A DNA stretch of 55,803 nt, taken from the NCBI GenBank assembly GCA_038245785.1, contig JBBRSB010000033.1, forward strand, positions 1 to 55,803, written 5' to 3'. Positions 39,725 through 49,077 of this stretch are shown piece after piece. The translations under genes were made by a program, and so were the position numbers. The notes under the pieces are model-generated. The model saw only the letters and a list, made by a program, of their open reading frames with translations, searched no databases and was not told the origin of the DNA. The first letter of the stretch is position 1. Each line of letters begins with the position of its first letter. The DNA comes from Gloeobacterales cyanobacterium (lineage in GTDB: Bacteria; Cyanobacteriota; Cyanobacteriia; Gloeobacterales; PMM-0068).

Positions 39725-40807
39725 TCAGTCTTCAGGAATCTCTATCGTCACATGGGCGAGTTCAATATCATCGTAGTCTGTAGCCTTCTGAACGTTGTTA
39801 TCCCCGACTCTAATGCCCAAAAGAGAGCCTATCAAAGGGATAAACGTGTCATCGCGGCCTTCAACAACCTGGTAGTTAGTTGCTTTTCCCGTTCGTAGAG
39901 TGAGCGTATTGGTGCCGATTTTGAGCTTTTCGTTGGGTAAAAGGATTTGGAGACGGTCCCCGTTGAGGGTGATGTCTCTTATCGGTTGACCATTTAGAAA
40001 AACTCTGAGGGGGTCTTGGGCCGAGTCGCTGAGATGGGACTGACCTGCTTGGATGGCCTCTCGTGTATCTAGCCCCGTTAGAGAGCCGATGCGCAAAGTC
40101 ACGCCCTCACGGGGAATCTTCAGCAAGTCAAAATTGCGAGTCAGCTCTATACCCTCAGCACGCAACCGGAAACTCCCGGCATTGGCTGATTGTGGAGAAA
40201 ATTTATTGTCACCTAGATGATGCAGTTGGTCATCCAAAACTACAAGACGGGGACCGAGCTTTTCCAATCTGAGGTCATAGGAGCCTTTCTGGTCCTTACG
40301 GGTAGTTACAGAGAAAGGGGCGTACTCAGAGGCGCGTGTGGTTAAGATCCGGTCTGAAGGAAGTTTGCGAGGTAGTGTGAACCTTCCATAGCTATCGGTG
40401 CGCACGGTAATACCTTCCTCTGGGATTTGCACCTCAGCATTGGCGATGGGCTCTCCGGTTTTTTGGTCTAATACGCGTCCACTGGAGGAAGAGTCCAAGT
40501 CTATTCGGCTAGTGCTCTGTTCAGCTTTTTGTACTGGTTTGAGTCCTTCTACTCGGCGTTTGAGCGATTGCAGGTCTTTTGCATTGATCACGCCATCTGC
40601 ATTAATGTCCGCTCTTGGGATCTGTTCATCGTTCAAAAGTGCAGAACCGCTTAAATAGCTCTCCATGAGCGTTATATCTCGCGGATCGACCTGACCATCT
40701 CCATCCAGGTCTCCTACTCCCTGTGCCCAGGCTGATGGGCTCAAGATCAAAAGGAATAAGACCCCCAATATTCCGCCGATAAAATAACTATTTGGGAAGA
40801 GTGCCAT
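39725..40807 (-). CDS. Secreted dockerin-domain protein with carboxypeptidase-regulatory-like domain
   Basis: Signal ending AWA; GDLDGDGQVDPRD and ADINADGVINAKD paired loops; GRVLDQKTGEPI..TDSYGRF. Confidence 0.75.
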   Translation of the reverse strand: MALFPNSYFIGGILGVLFLLILSPSAWAQGVGDLDGDGQVDPRDITLMESYLSGSALLNDEQIPRADINADGVINAKDLQSLKRRVEGLKPVQKAEQSTSRIDLDSSSSGRVLDQKTGEPIANAEVQIPEEGITVRTDSYGRFTLPRKLPSDRILTTRASEYAPFSVTTRKDQKGSYDLRLEKLGPRLVVLDDQLHHLGDNKFSPQSANAGSFRLRAEGIELTRNFDLLKIPREGVTLRIGSLTGLDTREAIQAGQSHLSDSAQDPLRVFLNGQPIRDITLNGDRLQILLPNEKLKIGTNTLTLRTGKATNYQVVEGRDDTFIPLIGSLLGIRVGDNNVQKATDYDDIELAHVTIEIPED

Positions 40808-40933
40808 AGTATTCGGTGGAGTCCAGTGCGTATACAAAAGGACGGTTTAGAAAATCACGAGCTCTAATCCATGATAGAGGTTTCCTCCCTTTGTTCTTAT
40901 GGCTGAATGCAAAAGTGTTCAACATAGACAATC

Positions 40934-41083
40934 ATGTCAAAAATGAGAAAGTTTATAGGCATTAACCTATTAGAATTTTTGGTAATCGCTGTTACCATTT
41001 TGTTGGTTTTTGGCCTCCATACATTATCGGAGCAGACAGCACGAATAGGCAGAACATCACTTAGCTTTAGTCAAGCTGCATAA
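40934..41083 (+). CDS. 49-aa mini-protein with prepilin-type N-terminus
   Basis: MSKMRKFIG|INLLEFLVIAVTILLVFG..., below the ORF-track length cutoff. Confidence 0.45.
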   Translation: MSKMRKFIGINLLEFLVIAVTILLVFGLHTLSEQTARIGRTSLSFSQAA

Positions 41084-41284
41084 GAGTTTCAGAACGAAAC
41101 GTGTCTAGAAATAGCTATAGAACAAGAGAAATATAAACAGCCCAAAACTTCAAAATCAAAATGCGGAGAAAATGATCCGTAGACAGCACGGATAGCCTAG
41201 GTAAAATTGCCAATTATTATAAAACCAACACGGTGGTACATTAGAGGCTGTGAACTTCCCTGCTTTTAGCATGAGTTTAAGTTT

Positions 41285-42625
41285 ATGTCTTTGCGCCTAG
41301 GTCAACTCCTTTACACCAGTTTCCCCGATGTGGGATTTAATATTATCGCTAGTCCAGAAGTTCCTCCGGAAGCTCGACAGGCTTTTGTGCAGACGGTGAC
41401 ACACCAGCTCTGGGATGCTTATAATCCCCCTGACAATGGTTATCGGGCAGTCTATATCTATCAAGAGGCTCCGGACCGAACGTTGTTTGGCTGGCTGTAC
41501 AACGATGGGGCCGATGACAGGGGACGCAGCCATGTCCCCTATTTCATTGGTCATTACCTAGAAGGCCCCCTATCTCCTGAGCAGCTAGACAATATTTTTA
41601 CGCTGCTTCGAAAAGGTCCTTCTACCGCCATTGACCGCCAAACTCCGCCAGAAGCTCTGGAAGCCGCATTTGCCCCGGATTTATGGGACTACAAGCCTGC
41701 TCGGGCAGGGGTTGCTGTTCCAGCCAAGACTCGTGAACAGGCATACAGGGACCTTGCTAAGGGTGAACTTGTAGAAATGTTTGTCTCCGGGGATGAGGAG
41801 TACAAGCTTGATGAAGATTACCTAGCAGAATTCGAAGAAGAAGAATTTGATATTGACGACTTTGCCTTTGATTCCGACGAAGTTCCAGATCAGACGGCCT
41901 CCACCGGCCCATGGGCGTTTTTGGACAAACTTCCTTGGAAACCGATTGCTGGGCTTACAGCAGCTTCCCTGATTGCGGCCGTTGGTGTTCAGCAAATAGG
42001 AGCTGTGGTCGGACCTGAAAGTATTGCCGCTACTCAGTCTCAGGGTACTAAGGTTGCTAATAGTTCATCCGATGTGTCTTCGCTCCCCCCCACAGCCAAT
42101 GTAGGAAGTTCTTCCGGAACTGCAGCCTCTTCTACGTCAGGAAATTCTTCCTCAGCTGCAACAGCTGTCGCAGCTCCTTCACGTACGTTCCCCAAATCGA
42201 ACTCTAAGAATCTCCAATCCCTGGATATACGACACCATGGGGAGAAAGCTTTAGAGGCTCTGGATGCCGGAAACTTTAAAGAATTTGAAAACCATGTGGG
42301 TCATGTCGAAGATATTATTGCAGCTAAGGATCCTAGAGCTTTTGCAGGAAAGCGTGAGCAGGAAGCTTTTAATGCTCTGATTGCAGGCAACACCAGTGAA
42401 TTTAAGGAAAATATAGACCTTGCTTACAAGGTGGACCCCAAATTCCATAGGGTCGCTGCGCTGAGGAGATTCTACAGCGAAGTAGAAAAGAAAGGTTTCT
42501 CCAAGACTAAGAAACTGCGCTATCTTCGCAGAAAAGTTATAAGTGAGAGTCATTGGTGGCTTTCTAGAGACCAAAAGCTAGCAATGAAGTACCTTGCCAG
42601 GAAAAAACGCTTTACGCAAGCCTAA
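41285..42625 (+). CDS. Membrane protein with GAP1-N-like N-terminal domain
   Basis: GQLLYTSF..GF and DDRGR..YF.GHYL N-domain; acidic linker; hydrophobic segment; Ser-rich linker; helical C-terminus. Confidence 0.55.
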   Translation: MSLRLGQLLYTSFPDVGFNIIASPEVPPEARQAFVQTVTHQLWDAYNPPDNGYRAVYIYQEAPDRTLFGWLYNDGADDRGRSHVPYFIGHYLEGPLSPEQLDNIFTLLRKGPSTAIDRQTPPEALEAAFAPDLWDYKPARAGVAVPAKTREQAYRDLAKGELVEMFVSGDEEYKLDEDYLAEFEEEEFDIDDFAFDSDEVPDQTASTGPWAFLDKLPWKPIAGLTAASLIAAVGVQQIGAVVGPESIAATQSQGTKVANSSSDVSSLPPTANVGSSSGTAASSTSGNSSSAATAVAAPSRTFPKSNSKNLQSLDIRHHGEKALEALDAGNFKEFENHVGHVEDIIAAKDPRAFAGKREQEAFNALIAGNTSEFKENIDLAYKVDPKFHRVAALRRFYSEVEKKGFSKTKKLRYLRRKVISESHWWLSRDQKLAMKYLARKKRFTQA

Positions 42626-42704
42626 CTCAAAATTCGGAGGTCTAGGAGTAAATAGCTGCTTAGTCCCAAGAGAGCAGCTATTCTCGCATTCTTGGCCTGA
42701 TAGC

Positions 42705-43595
42705 CTAAAGCCTGACGTTATCTTTAGCAGATCTGGGTAAGCGCTTACTTCGAAATACACTGCTTAAAGTTCCTTCAGGTTCTGGCGGCTGTACTTCTTT
42801 TTTCTGCAGTAGGCGCATGATAAAGCCTAAAATAGAACCTCGGAATCCATAGTTATAGGCTTTGATGAGTTCACTCACTAACCAGAGCACGGGAGCTGCT
42901 CCTCCATCTGCTTTGAGCATAGGAGTGTCTACTTCAGACTCAATCAAAGCAGCCGAGTAAAATATTTTGTAATTCGCTTTGCCTGCTTGGAGGACATCTA
43001 GTAGAGGGTGTAAGTCTTTCTCAACCTTTTCTTTACCTTCAACATCGATTAAATCTGCTTTAGTAACGACTAAGGAGAAAGCATACTTCAGCTCATTTAG
43101 GTAGGCTAAGGAAGCGATGATATGGATCTGATGAATCAGTCCACTGAGTTCTTCCATGTAACTTTCTTCATTGACGAGGGCGTAGCCATCGACAAAGATG
43201 CAGCAGCCATGGGAAGACAAAACAATATCCCGGAAGGATTTATTCTCAGGAGTACAAATTTCGCCAGGGATGTCCTTCCAGCCAAAATGACACAAGGTCT
43301 GGCTTCCCAGTAGACCCTTTTGTTTGAGACAAAAATCGAAATCTGTAATTTTCATGGTTGCGGGAGGATATTCTCCTGAGCGCGCAACATAGTTTAAAAC
43401 ATTCTCGATATTCTCTTTTGAGCGGTCATTCTGGCAGTCGAACCAAAGTGGACCTCGTTCCTTTTGGTTAAGAGAGTGTAGCGCAGCGTAGCTACCAGCG
43501 AGAAATACAGTTTTACCTACACCCCTCTGACCCATAACCAATAGACTGAATCTTTTGGCGGGACTTCCAGAAAACAGATTCATCATATAAGTCAA
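42705..43595 (-). CDS. TRAFAC-class GTPase (double-GTPase-like)
   Basis: G1 GQRGVGKT, G2 PPAT, G3 DIPGE, G4 VTKAD, G5-like YSA. Confidence 0.75.
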   Translation of the reverse strand: MTYMMNLFSGSPAKRFSLLVMGQRGVGKTVFLAGSYAALHSLNQKERGPLWFDCQNDRSKENIENVLNYVARSGEYPPATMKITDFDFCLKQKGLLGSQTLCHFGWKDIPGEICTPENKSFRDIVLSSHGCCIFVDGYALVNEESYMEELSGLIHQIHIIASLAYLNELKYAFSLVVTKADLIDVEGKEKVEKDLHPLLDVLQAGKANYKIFYSAALIESEVDTPMLKADGGAAPVLWLVSELIKAYNYGFRGSILGFIMRLLQKKEVQPPEPEGTLSSVFRSKRLPRSAKDNVRL

Positions 43596-43675
43596 ATATA
43601 TTCCCTCTTTCAGATTGCCCTAGAAAGGGGCCAAATGCATTATGTGAAATTACTTAGATAATACTTGTGATTGGT

Positions 43676-45475
43676 CTAGGGTTGTTCGATCGGCACTGGA
43701 ATTTTTCCTGTTAGGCCAAAAGAATCGTGCACAGACTGGAGTGCCAGTAGCCCTTGTGATTCTGCTACTACGCAGGAAACCTTAATTTCTGAGGTCGAAA
43801 TCATCTCAATGTTAATTTTTGCTTCAGCAAGGGCGGTGAACATTTTGGCTGCAACTCCAGGACTGTATTCCATACCAGCTCCCACAATACTGACCTTCGC
43901 GATTTGGGGCGCTACTTTGATAGCCCCACAGTTTAGGTCTGCGGCTGCTTGACGCAAAATGAATTGGGCCGTCTGCAAGGAGGACTTTGGGACTGTGAAA
44001 GCAATGTCATTAGTTGTGGTTCCCCGTTGCGACTGAATAATCATATCAACGGTCACCCCTGCTTGGGCTAAGCGTTGAAAGATTCGAGAAGCCATGCCCG
44101 GACGGTCTGGCACCGCTAACACTGCCAGCCGCGCTTGCTGAGTATCTAAGGCTACTCCTCGCACGGTGAGCAGATCTTCTCGGGGGGAAGGTGCAGTTGC
44201 TGCAGCGGGCGACAGTTCTACGCCAAACACTTCTGTAAGAGCTTGGATAGCTCGGTCTGTATCCTCTGCTGCCACAACGCAGCTCACTTTGATTTCAGAG
44301 GTAGAAATCATTTGAATATTGATATCAGCTCCGGCTAGGGCGGTGAACATCTTGGCTGCAATCCCAGCACGTCCGACCATCCCAACGCCTGTAATACTGA
44401 CCTTACTAATATTCGAGTCAAAGGCCACTTCGTTACAGCCTAGTTCTGCAGCTAGACGGCGGGCTGCTTCCACAGCATCTGGTAAGACGTTACGACTGAC
44501 GGTAAAGGCTAGGTCATTGCTTTGGTCATGATGTACAGATTGGATAATTAAGTCTACGGTCACGCCCGCTTTCGCCATTCCTGAAAATAAGCTGGCAGCT
44601 ACTCCTGGTCGGTCAGGGACTTTGAGTAGCGTAATTTTCCCCTGATCTCTATCTACTAAGACACTATCCACAGGACGGGCGATTTCCATATCCTCCAGAG
44701 AGCGGGGCGTCTGAAGAATGGGTGAAACAACTTGAGTACCTGGTTTATCACTCCAGCTCGAACGCACCACAAGGGGTACACCATAGTTTCGGGCAATTTC
44801 TACGGCTCTAGGATGGAGGACATTCGCGCCAAGGCTCGCTAGTTCAAGCATTTCATCGCTGGTTACTTCCGATAGCAAGCTGGCACAAGCAACTAAACGA
44901 GGGTCTGTTGTCAAAATACCGGGGACATCGGTATAGATTTCACAGCATTGCGCTTTTAGAGCGGCGGCTAGAGCCACCGCTGAGGTGTCAGAACCACCCC
45001 GCCCCAAGGTGGTCACTTCTGACCCAAACGCACTTCCTGTTGGTCCAGCTTCTTGGGTTACTCCTTGAAACCCAGCGACCACGACCACTTGGCCCTGCTC
45101 TAGATGTTTAAAGATGCGCTCGGTACGAATAGAGAGAATCCGAGCTTGATTGTGAATACTCTCGGTGACAATGCCTACCTGAGCACCCGTCAGCGAAACC
45201 GCTGGAGTGCCTTCTTCCTGGAGTGCCATGGCTAAAAGAGCAATACTGACCTGCTCGCCTGTGGAGAGCAGCATGTCTAGTTCCCGTTGACTCGGATTAC
45301 TCGAAATTGCCTGGGCTAGGGCTACCAATCGGTCTGTTTCCTTGCCCATTGCTGAAACCACGACCACTACTTGATGGCCTTGCTGAACACACCGGGCTAT
45401 GCGTTGGGTTACTTTCTGAATACGCTCGATAGTCCCAACCGAGGTACCGCCAAATTTCTGAACAAAGAGGGCCAT
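43676..45475 (-). CDS. lysC: Aspartate kinase (long cyanobacterial type with repeated ACT domains)
   Basis: VQKFGGTSV, TLGRGGSDTSA, two MISTSEIKVSC repeats. Confidence 0.97.
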   Translation of the reverse strand: MALFVQKFGGTSVGTIERIQKVTQRIARCVQQGHQVVVVVSAMGKETDRLVALAQAISSNPSQRELDMLLSTGEQVSIALLAMALQEEGTPAVSLTGAQVGIVTESIHNQARILSIRTERIFKHLEQGQVVVVAGFQGVTQEAGPTGSAFGSEVTTLGRGGSDTSAVALAAALKAQCCEIYTDVPGILTTDPRLVACASLLSEVTSDEMLELASLGANVLHPRAVEIARNYGVPLVVRSSWSDKPGTQVVSPILQTPRSLEDMEIARPVDSVLVDRDQGKITLLKVPDRPGVAASLFSGMAKAGVTVDLIIQSVHHDQSNDLAFTVSRNVLPDAVEAARRLAAELGCNEVAFDSNISKVSITGVGMVGRAGIAAKMFTALAGADINIQMISTSEIKVSCVVAAEDTDRAIQALTEVFGVELSPAAATAPSPREDLLTVRGVALDTQQARLAVLAVPDRPGMASRIFQRLAQAGVTVDMIIQSQRGTTTNDIAFTVPKSSLQTAQFILRQAAADLNCGAIKVAPQIAKVSIVGAGMEYSPGVAAKMFTALAEAKINIEMISTSEIKVSCVVAESQGLLALQSVHDSFGLTGKIPVPIEQP

Positions 45476-45682
45476 AGAGGTTATGTAGTTTCCATATAGC
45501 TAGGCTACAAGTTTTGCAACTTATTAGGACACACAGCAAGAGGTGTCGCTCAAAAGCTTATCAAGAGACCACACTCTTTTATTTGTCCTGGATTATTGCA
45601 TTATTTACGTTTGAAAGGCTGGGTTCCCACAGTAGGGACTTCACAGGACTAGACTAGATAAGTTGAGTCCTTGAGAATCTCC

Positions 45683-46714
45683 GTGCAGTTTATCGATCAA
45701 TCAGAAGTTCAGGTTCAAGCCGGTAAAGGTGGAGATGGGATGGTGGCCTATCGCCGTGAGAAATATGTGCCTGCTGGCGGGCCTGCTGGTGCCGATGGCG
45801 GAGATGGGGGGTCTATTTATCTGGAAGTTGACCCGCAGCTTCAGACCTTGCTGGATTTTAAGTTTAAGCATCTCTTTCGGGCTGAGGATGGGACTAAAGG
45901 CGGTTCTAAAAATATGACGGGGGCTTGCGGGGAGGATTTAACCCTAAAGGTTCCCTGTGGAACGGTGATCCATGATACTGATACGGGAGAAGTTTTGGCG
46001 GATTTGACCGAGCCTGGGCAAAGGGTATTGGTGGCGAAGGGTGGACGTAGAGGTTTTGGCAACACACACTATGCTTCCAACCGGAACCGTGCTCCAGAAT
46101 ATGCGACAGAAGGGAAGCCTGGACAAGCCCGTCATCTGCGCCTCGAACTTAAGTTGGTAGCAGAGGTGGGTATCGTCGGACTCCCCAATGCTGGTAAGTC
46201 AACCTTGATTTCTGTACTTTCTTCTGCCCGCCCAAAAGTTGCAGATTATCCGTTCACCACGCTGGTCCCTAACCTGGGAGTAGTGCGTAAAGAATCAGGG
46301 GATGGTGTTGTTTTTGCTGATATTCCTGGATTGATAGAAGGAGCCCATCGCGGTGTGGGCTTGGGCCATGAATTTCTGCGCCATATCGAACGAACTAGGC
46401 TCTTGCTCCATGTGGTAGACCTCTCAGCCCCCGCTCCCTGGCAAGACTATCAGACCATTCAGGCAGAGCTCTCGCAATATAGCCAAGGTCAAGGTGGGTT
46501 GAATTTAAAACCCCAGGTGCTTGTGTTAAATAAAATCGATGCAGTCCCCCCGGAAGAACTAGAAACCCTTAAAGCCCTCTTCAAACAGACTGCCTGGCCT
46601 CAGGTTGCTATATCCTGCGCTACCCGTAGCCATTTGGAGACTTTACTCCGCCTTACCTGGCAAGAATTAGACCGCTTAAATTTGTCTGAATTGTCCGAAC
46701 CAATTCTTAGCTAA
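45683..46714 (+). CDS. obgE: GTPase ObgE
   Basis: FID..AGKGGDG, GLPNAGKST, YPFTTL, DIPGL, NKID. Confidence 0.97.
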   Translation: MQFIDQSEVQVQAGKGGDGMVAYRREKYVPAGGPAGADGGDGGSIYLEVDPQLQTLLDFKFKHLFRAEDGTKGGSKNMTGACGEDLTLKVPCGTVIHDTDTGEVLADLTEPGQRVLVAKGGRRGFGNTHYASNRNRAPEYATEGKPGQARHLRLELKLVAEVGIVGLPNAGKSTLISVLSSARPKVADYPFTTLVPNLGVVRKESGDGVVFADIPGLIEGAHRGVGLGHEFLRHIERTRLLLHVVDLSAPAPWQDYQTIQAELSQYSQGQGGLNLKPQVLVLNKIDAVPPEELETLKALFKQTAWPQVAISCATRSHLETLLRLTWQELDRLNLSELSEPILS

Positions 46715-46786
46715 GCTGAACATTGTTTTATGTTGCGTCTGGCTTTAACCAGCGCTTTCTTGGAGCATTCCAGATAGAGTAGTTAA

Positions 46787-47578
46787 ATGCTTCGTGTACG
46801 CGTTCTTAGCGCTGTTGTATTTATTTTCCTGGCTTTAGTGGCCATAAACCTAGGAGAGTGGTGGTTTCCATCAGCCTTGGCTCTTTTGGTGCTACTGGGC
46901 CAATGGGAATACTTCCAGATGGTCCGCGCTAAGGGCAGCACCCCAGCGATGAAAATGACAATGCTGATCAGCATTACGATGATTTTTATCCAAAAACAAT
47001 TTCCCCTTTCTGTCGGTGAAGCTTTTGGCTTTGGGGGAGCCGCAATATTTTTCTATCTATTATTCCGTCCCAAGCAAGCCACTATTAACGACATTGCAAC
47101 TTCTATGCTTGGCCTGTTCTATGGTGGTTTTTTGCCCAGCTACTGGGTCCGCCTGAGGGATATGGAACAAGGATTGGCGATTCTGTTTATCACTTTTGCC
47201 TGCATCTGGGCCGCTGATATCGGAGCTTATTTCTTCGGTAAAGCGTATGGCAAGACCCGTCTCTATCCAAGAATCAGTCCGAAAAAGACCGTAGAAGGGG
47301 CTGCATTTGGTATCGGGTGTAGCGTGCTTGTAGGATTTCTGGGCAGTTTGCACTTACAGTGGTGGCCTCTAGCTGGCATCCTCTTTGGTCTTTTGATTGG
47401 GGTCACGGCACTCTTAGGAGACCTAACCGAATCTTTGATGAAACGGGATGCGGGTATCAAAGATTCAGGCGACTTGATTCCTGGGCATGGGGGGGTAATG
47501 GACCGGACGGATAGCTATATCTTCACGGCACCAATGGCGTTTTACTTTGTGACGGTGCTGGCTCTTTTGCAGCACTAG
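46787..47578 (+). CDS. cdsA: Phosphatidate cytidylyltransferase
   Basis: ISPKKTVEG, GDLTESLMKRDAGIKDSG..IPGHGGVMDRTDS. Confidence 0.95.
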   Translation: MLRVRVLSAVVFIFLALVAINLGEWWFPSALALLVLLGQWEYFQMVRAKGSTPAMKMTMLISITMIFIQKQFPLSVGEAFGFGGAAIFFYLLFRPKQATINDIATSMLGLFYGGFLPSYWVRLRDMEQGLAILFITFACIWAADIGAYFFGKAYGKTRLYPRISPKKTVEGAAFGIGCSVLVGFLGSLHLQWWPLAGILFGLLIGVTALLGDLTESLMKRDAGIKDSGDLIPGHGGVMDRTDSYIFTAPMAFYFVTVLALLQH

Positions 47579-48137
47579 GGGGAATGGCAGTTAAAACAAA
47601 GGAATCTGCTACCGTGAAAAGCTTTTCTTTACGGCTAGCCCAGGTTCCATCACCAGTACCCGTAACCAAGGTGTAAATCTTGCCATCGTCTACCGTAGCC
47701 GTGACTAGCGTGTGCTGAGCATTGTTGCGGGCTGCTACCACCAATTCAACGGTGTAGTAGCGTTTGCCTGTTTTATCCTTTCTTTCCTTGGTGCTTCGTA
47801 GCTCTGCCACTGTTTTCTCTTTGCGTCCCTGGAAGCGTTTGACCAAAAGTTGACCAAATTTTTCAACGGAGCCCAAATCTTTAATGTCATTGCGCCCTTT
47901 GAGGTCACTTGAATAGACCGTTACCTGATAGCTACCATCAATCGGATCTGCCAGCAGGACTCCTCCTTCTGGTCCAGGCTGGAACGTCCAGTTATTGGGA
48001 AACAAAAGAGTGTAGCGCTCATCGGGAGCATTGAAGCGTTGAAAGCCCACGGGGAGCTTCTCCCCTGCTGGAGCGCAGGCCGTAACCATTAAAGATACAC
48101 AGAGGACTAAACTAGAAAAGCGGCTAAAAAAGTTCAC
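47523..48137 (-). CDS. psbP: PsbP-like (CyanoP) lipoprotein
   Basis: Lipobox VTAC; YTLLFPNNW, IKDLGS, YYTVE, ATVDDGKIYTL, VADSF. Confidence 0.65.
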   Translation of the reverse strand: MNFFSRFSSLVLCVSLMVTACAPAGEKLPVGFQRFNAPDERYTLLFPNNWTFQPGPEGGVLLADPIDGSYQVTVYSSDLKGRNDIKDLGSVEKFGQLLVKRFQGRKEKTVAELRSTKERKDKTGKRYYTVELVVAARNNAQHTLVTATVDDGKIYTLVTGTGDGTWASRKEKLFTVADSFVLTAIPPSAAKEPAPSQSKTPLVP

Positions 48138-48279
48138 GGAATACGGGGATCATTACCCTATAGAGCTTAACAGCCCAAGGGGTTAGCTAACGCACTTAGA
48201 ACTTTCCGTGACACGAGGGTATCTAAAGAAAAAGTGAGCCCACATTACTACTTTAGTCGGCAGGCCTTTAAGACTAAAG

Positions 48280-48903
48280 TCACCAACCTAAAATGGACTG
48301 AGAACGGTCTCCACTAGAAACTTGAGCCTCTTCAGCTTGATCTCTCTGTTCTAATCCCGAACGGACTTCCGTACATAGGGAAGCCGTGCTAAATCCACCA
48401 AAGCGTTTTACAGTGCTGGAACGCATGCGTAGATCTGGACTGGGAAACCAGAAACGCTCTGTAGAACTCATCGTTTCATATTCCGTGATCAGAATCATGG
48501 CATCCTCCTCATCCAGGACATAACGCCCTGCCACTGGGACAATTTCGGCATAGCCTTTTTCGCGGAGCAGCTGGCCTTGCCTCGGATTATCCACATCTGG
48601 CACAATCACCATTACTGTGGAGCCTTTGTGATTTGCATCCTCGTTGTCCCAAGCCATAGTGGCCTGCCAGGCCACTATGGCTCCACCAGAAGCAAGCTTA
48701 GGGTCTACTTTATGGAGCTCGCAGAGTTCAACCACCTTGGCATGTCCTGACGCTAAGGTTTCTACCTGAATCTCGGACTCTCCCGTTTCTACCTGCCTAA
48801 AGGCAAGATGATGCGTGACGCGCTGTGAAAGCCACTTTCCTGCACTGAGTTGAAAAAATTCCATTGCGCTTATGGGCATAAAAGAACCTAAGCTTTCTAT
48901 CAT
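48280..48903 (-). CDS. cpcS: Phycobiliprotein lyase, CpcS/CpeS family
   Basis: FFQLSAGKWLSQRVTHHL, GYAE, ERFWF, STASLCTEVR. Confidence 0.85.
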   Translation of the reverse strand: MIESLGSFMPISAMEFFQLSAGKWLSQRVTHHLAFRQVETGESEIQVETLASGHAKVVELCELHKVDPKLASGGAIVAWQATMAWDNEDANHKGSTVMVIVPDVDNPRQGQLLREKGYAEIVPVAGRYVLDEEDAMILITEYETMSSTERFWFPSPDLRMRSSTVKRFGGFSTASLCTEVRSGLEQRDQAEEAQVSSGDRSQSILGW

Positions 48904-49077
48904 TTTGTATGTTTAGCCATAATACCTTAAGGATCAAAATATCTATGAGTTTCAGAGAGCTGAGAGCGCGCCCCTAGAGCCTTAGACTATCGAACCCAGA
49001 TTGAATGAGGATACGGTACCAAAAGAAGGGGCTATAAAGCCTTAGAACCTCTCAAAAAGGCCCTGAAAGATGATAAC

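Noticed and set aside
47523..47578. 56-nt convergent overlap of cdsA and psbP
   Set aside because: A low-complexity run-on tail; common in compact genomes.
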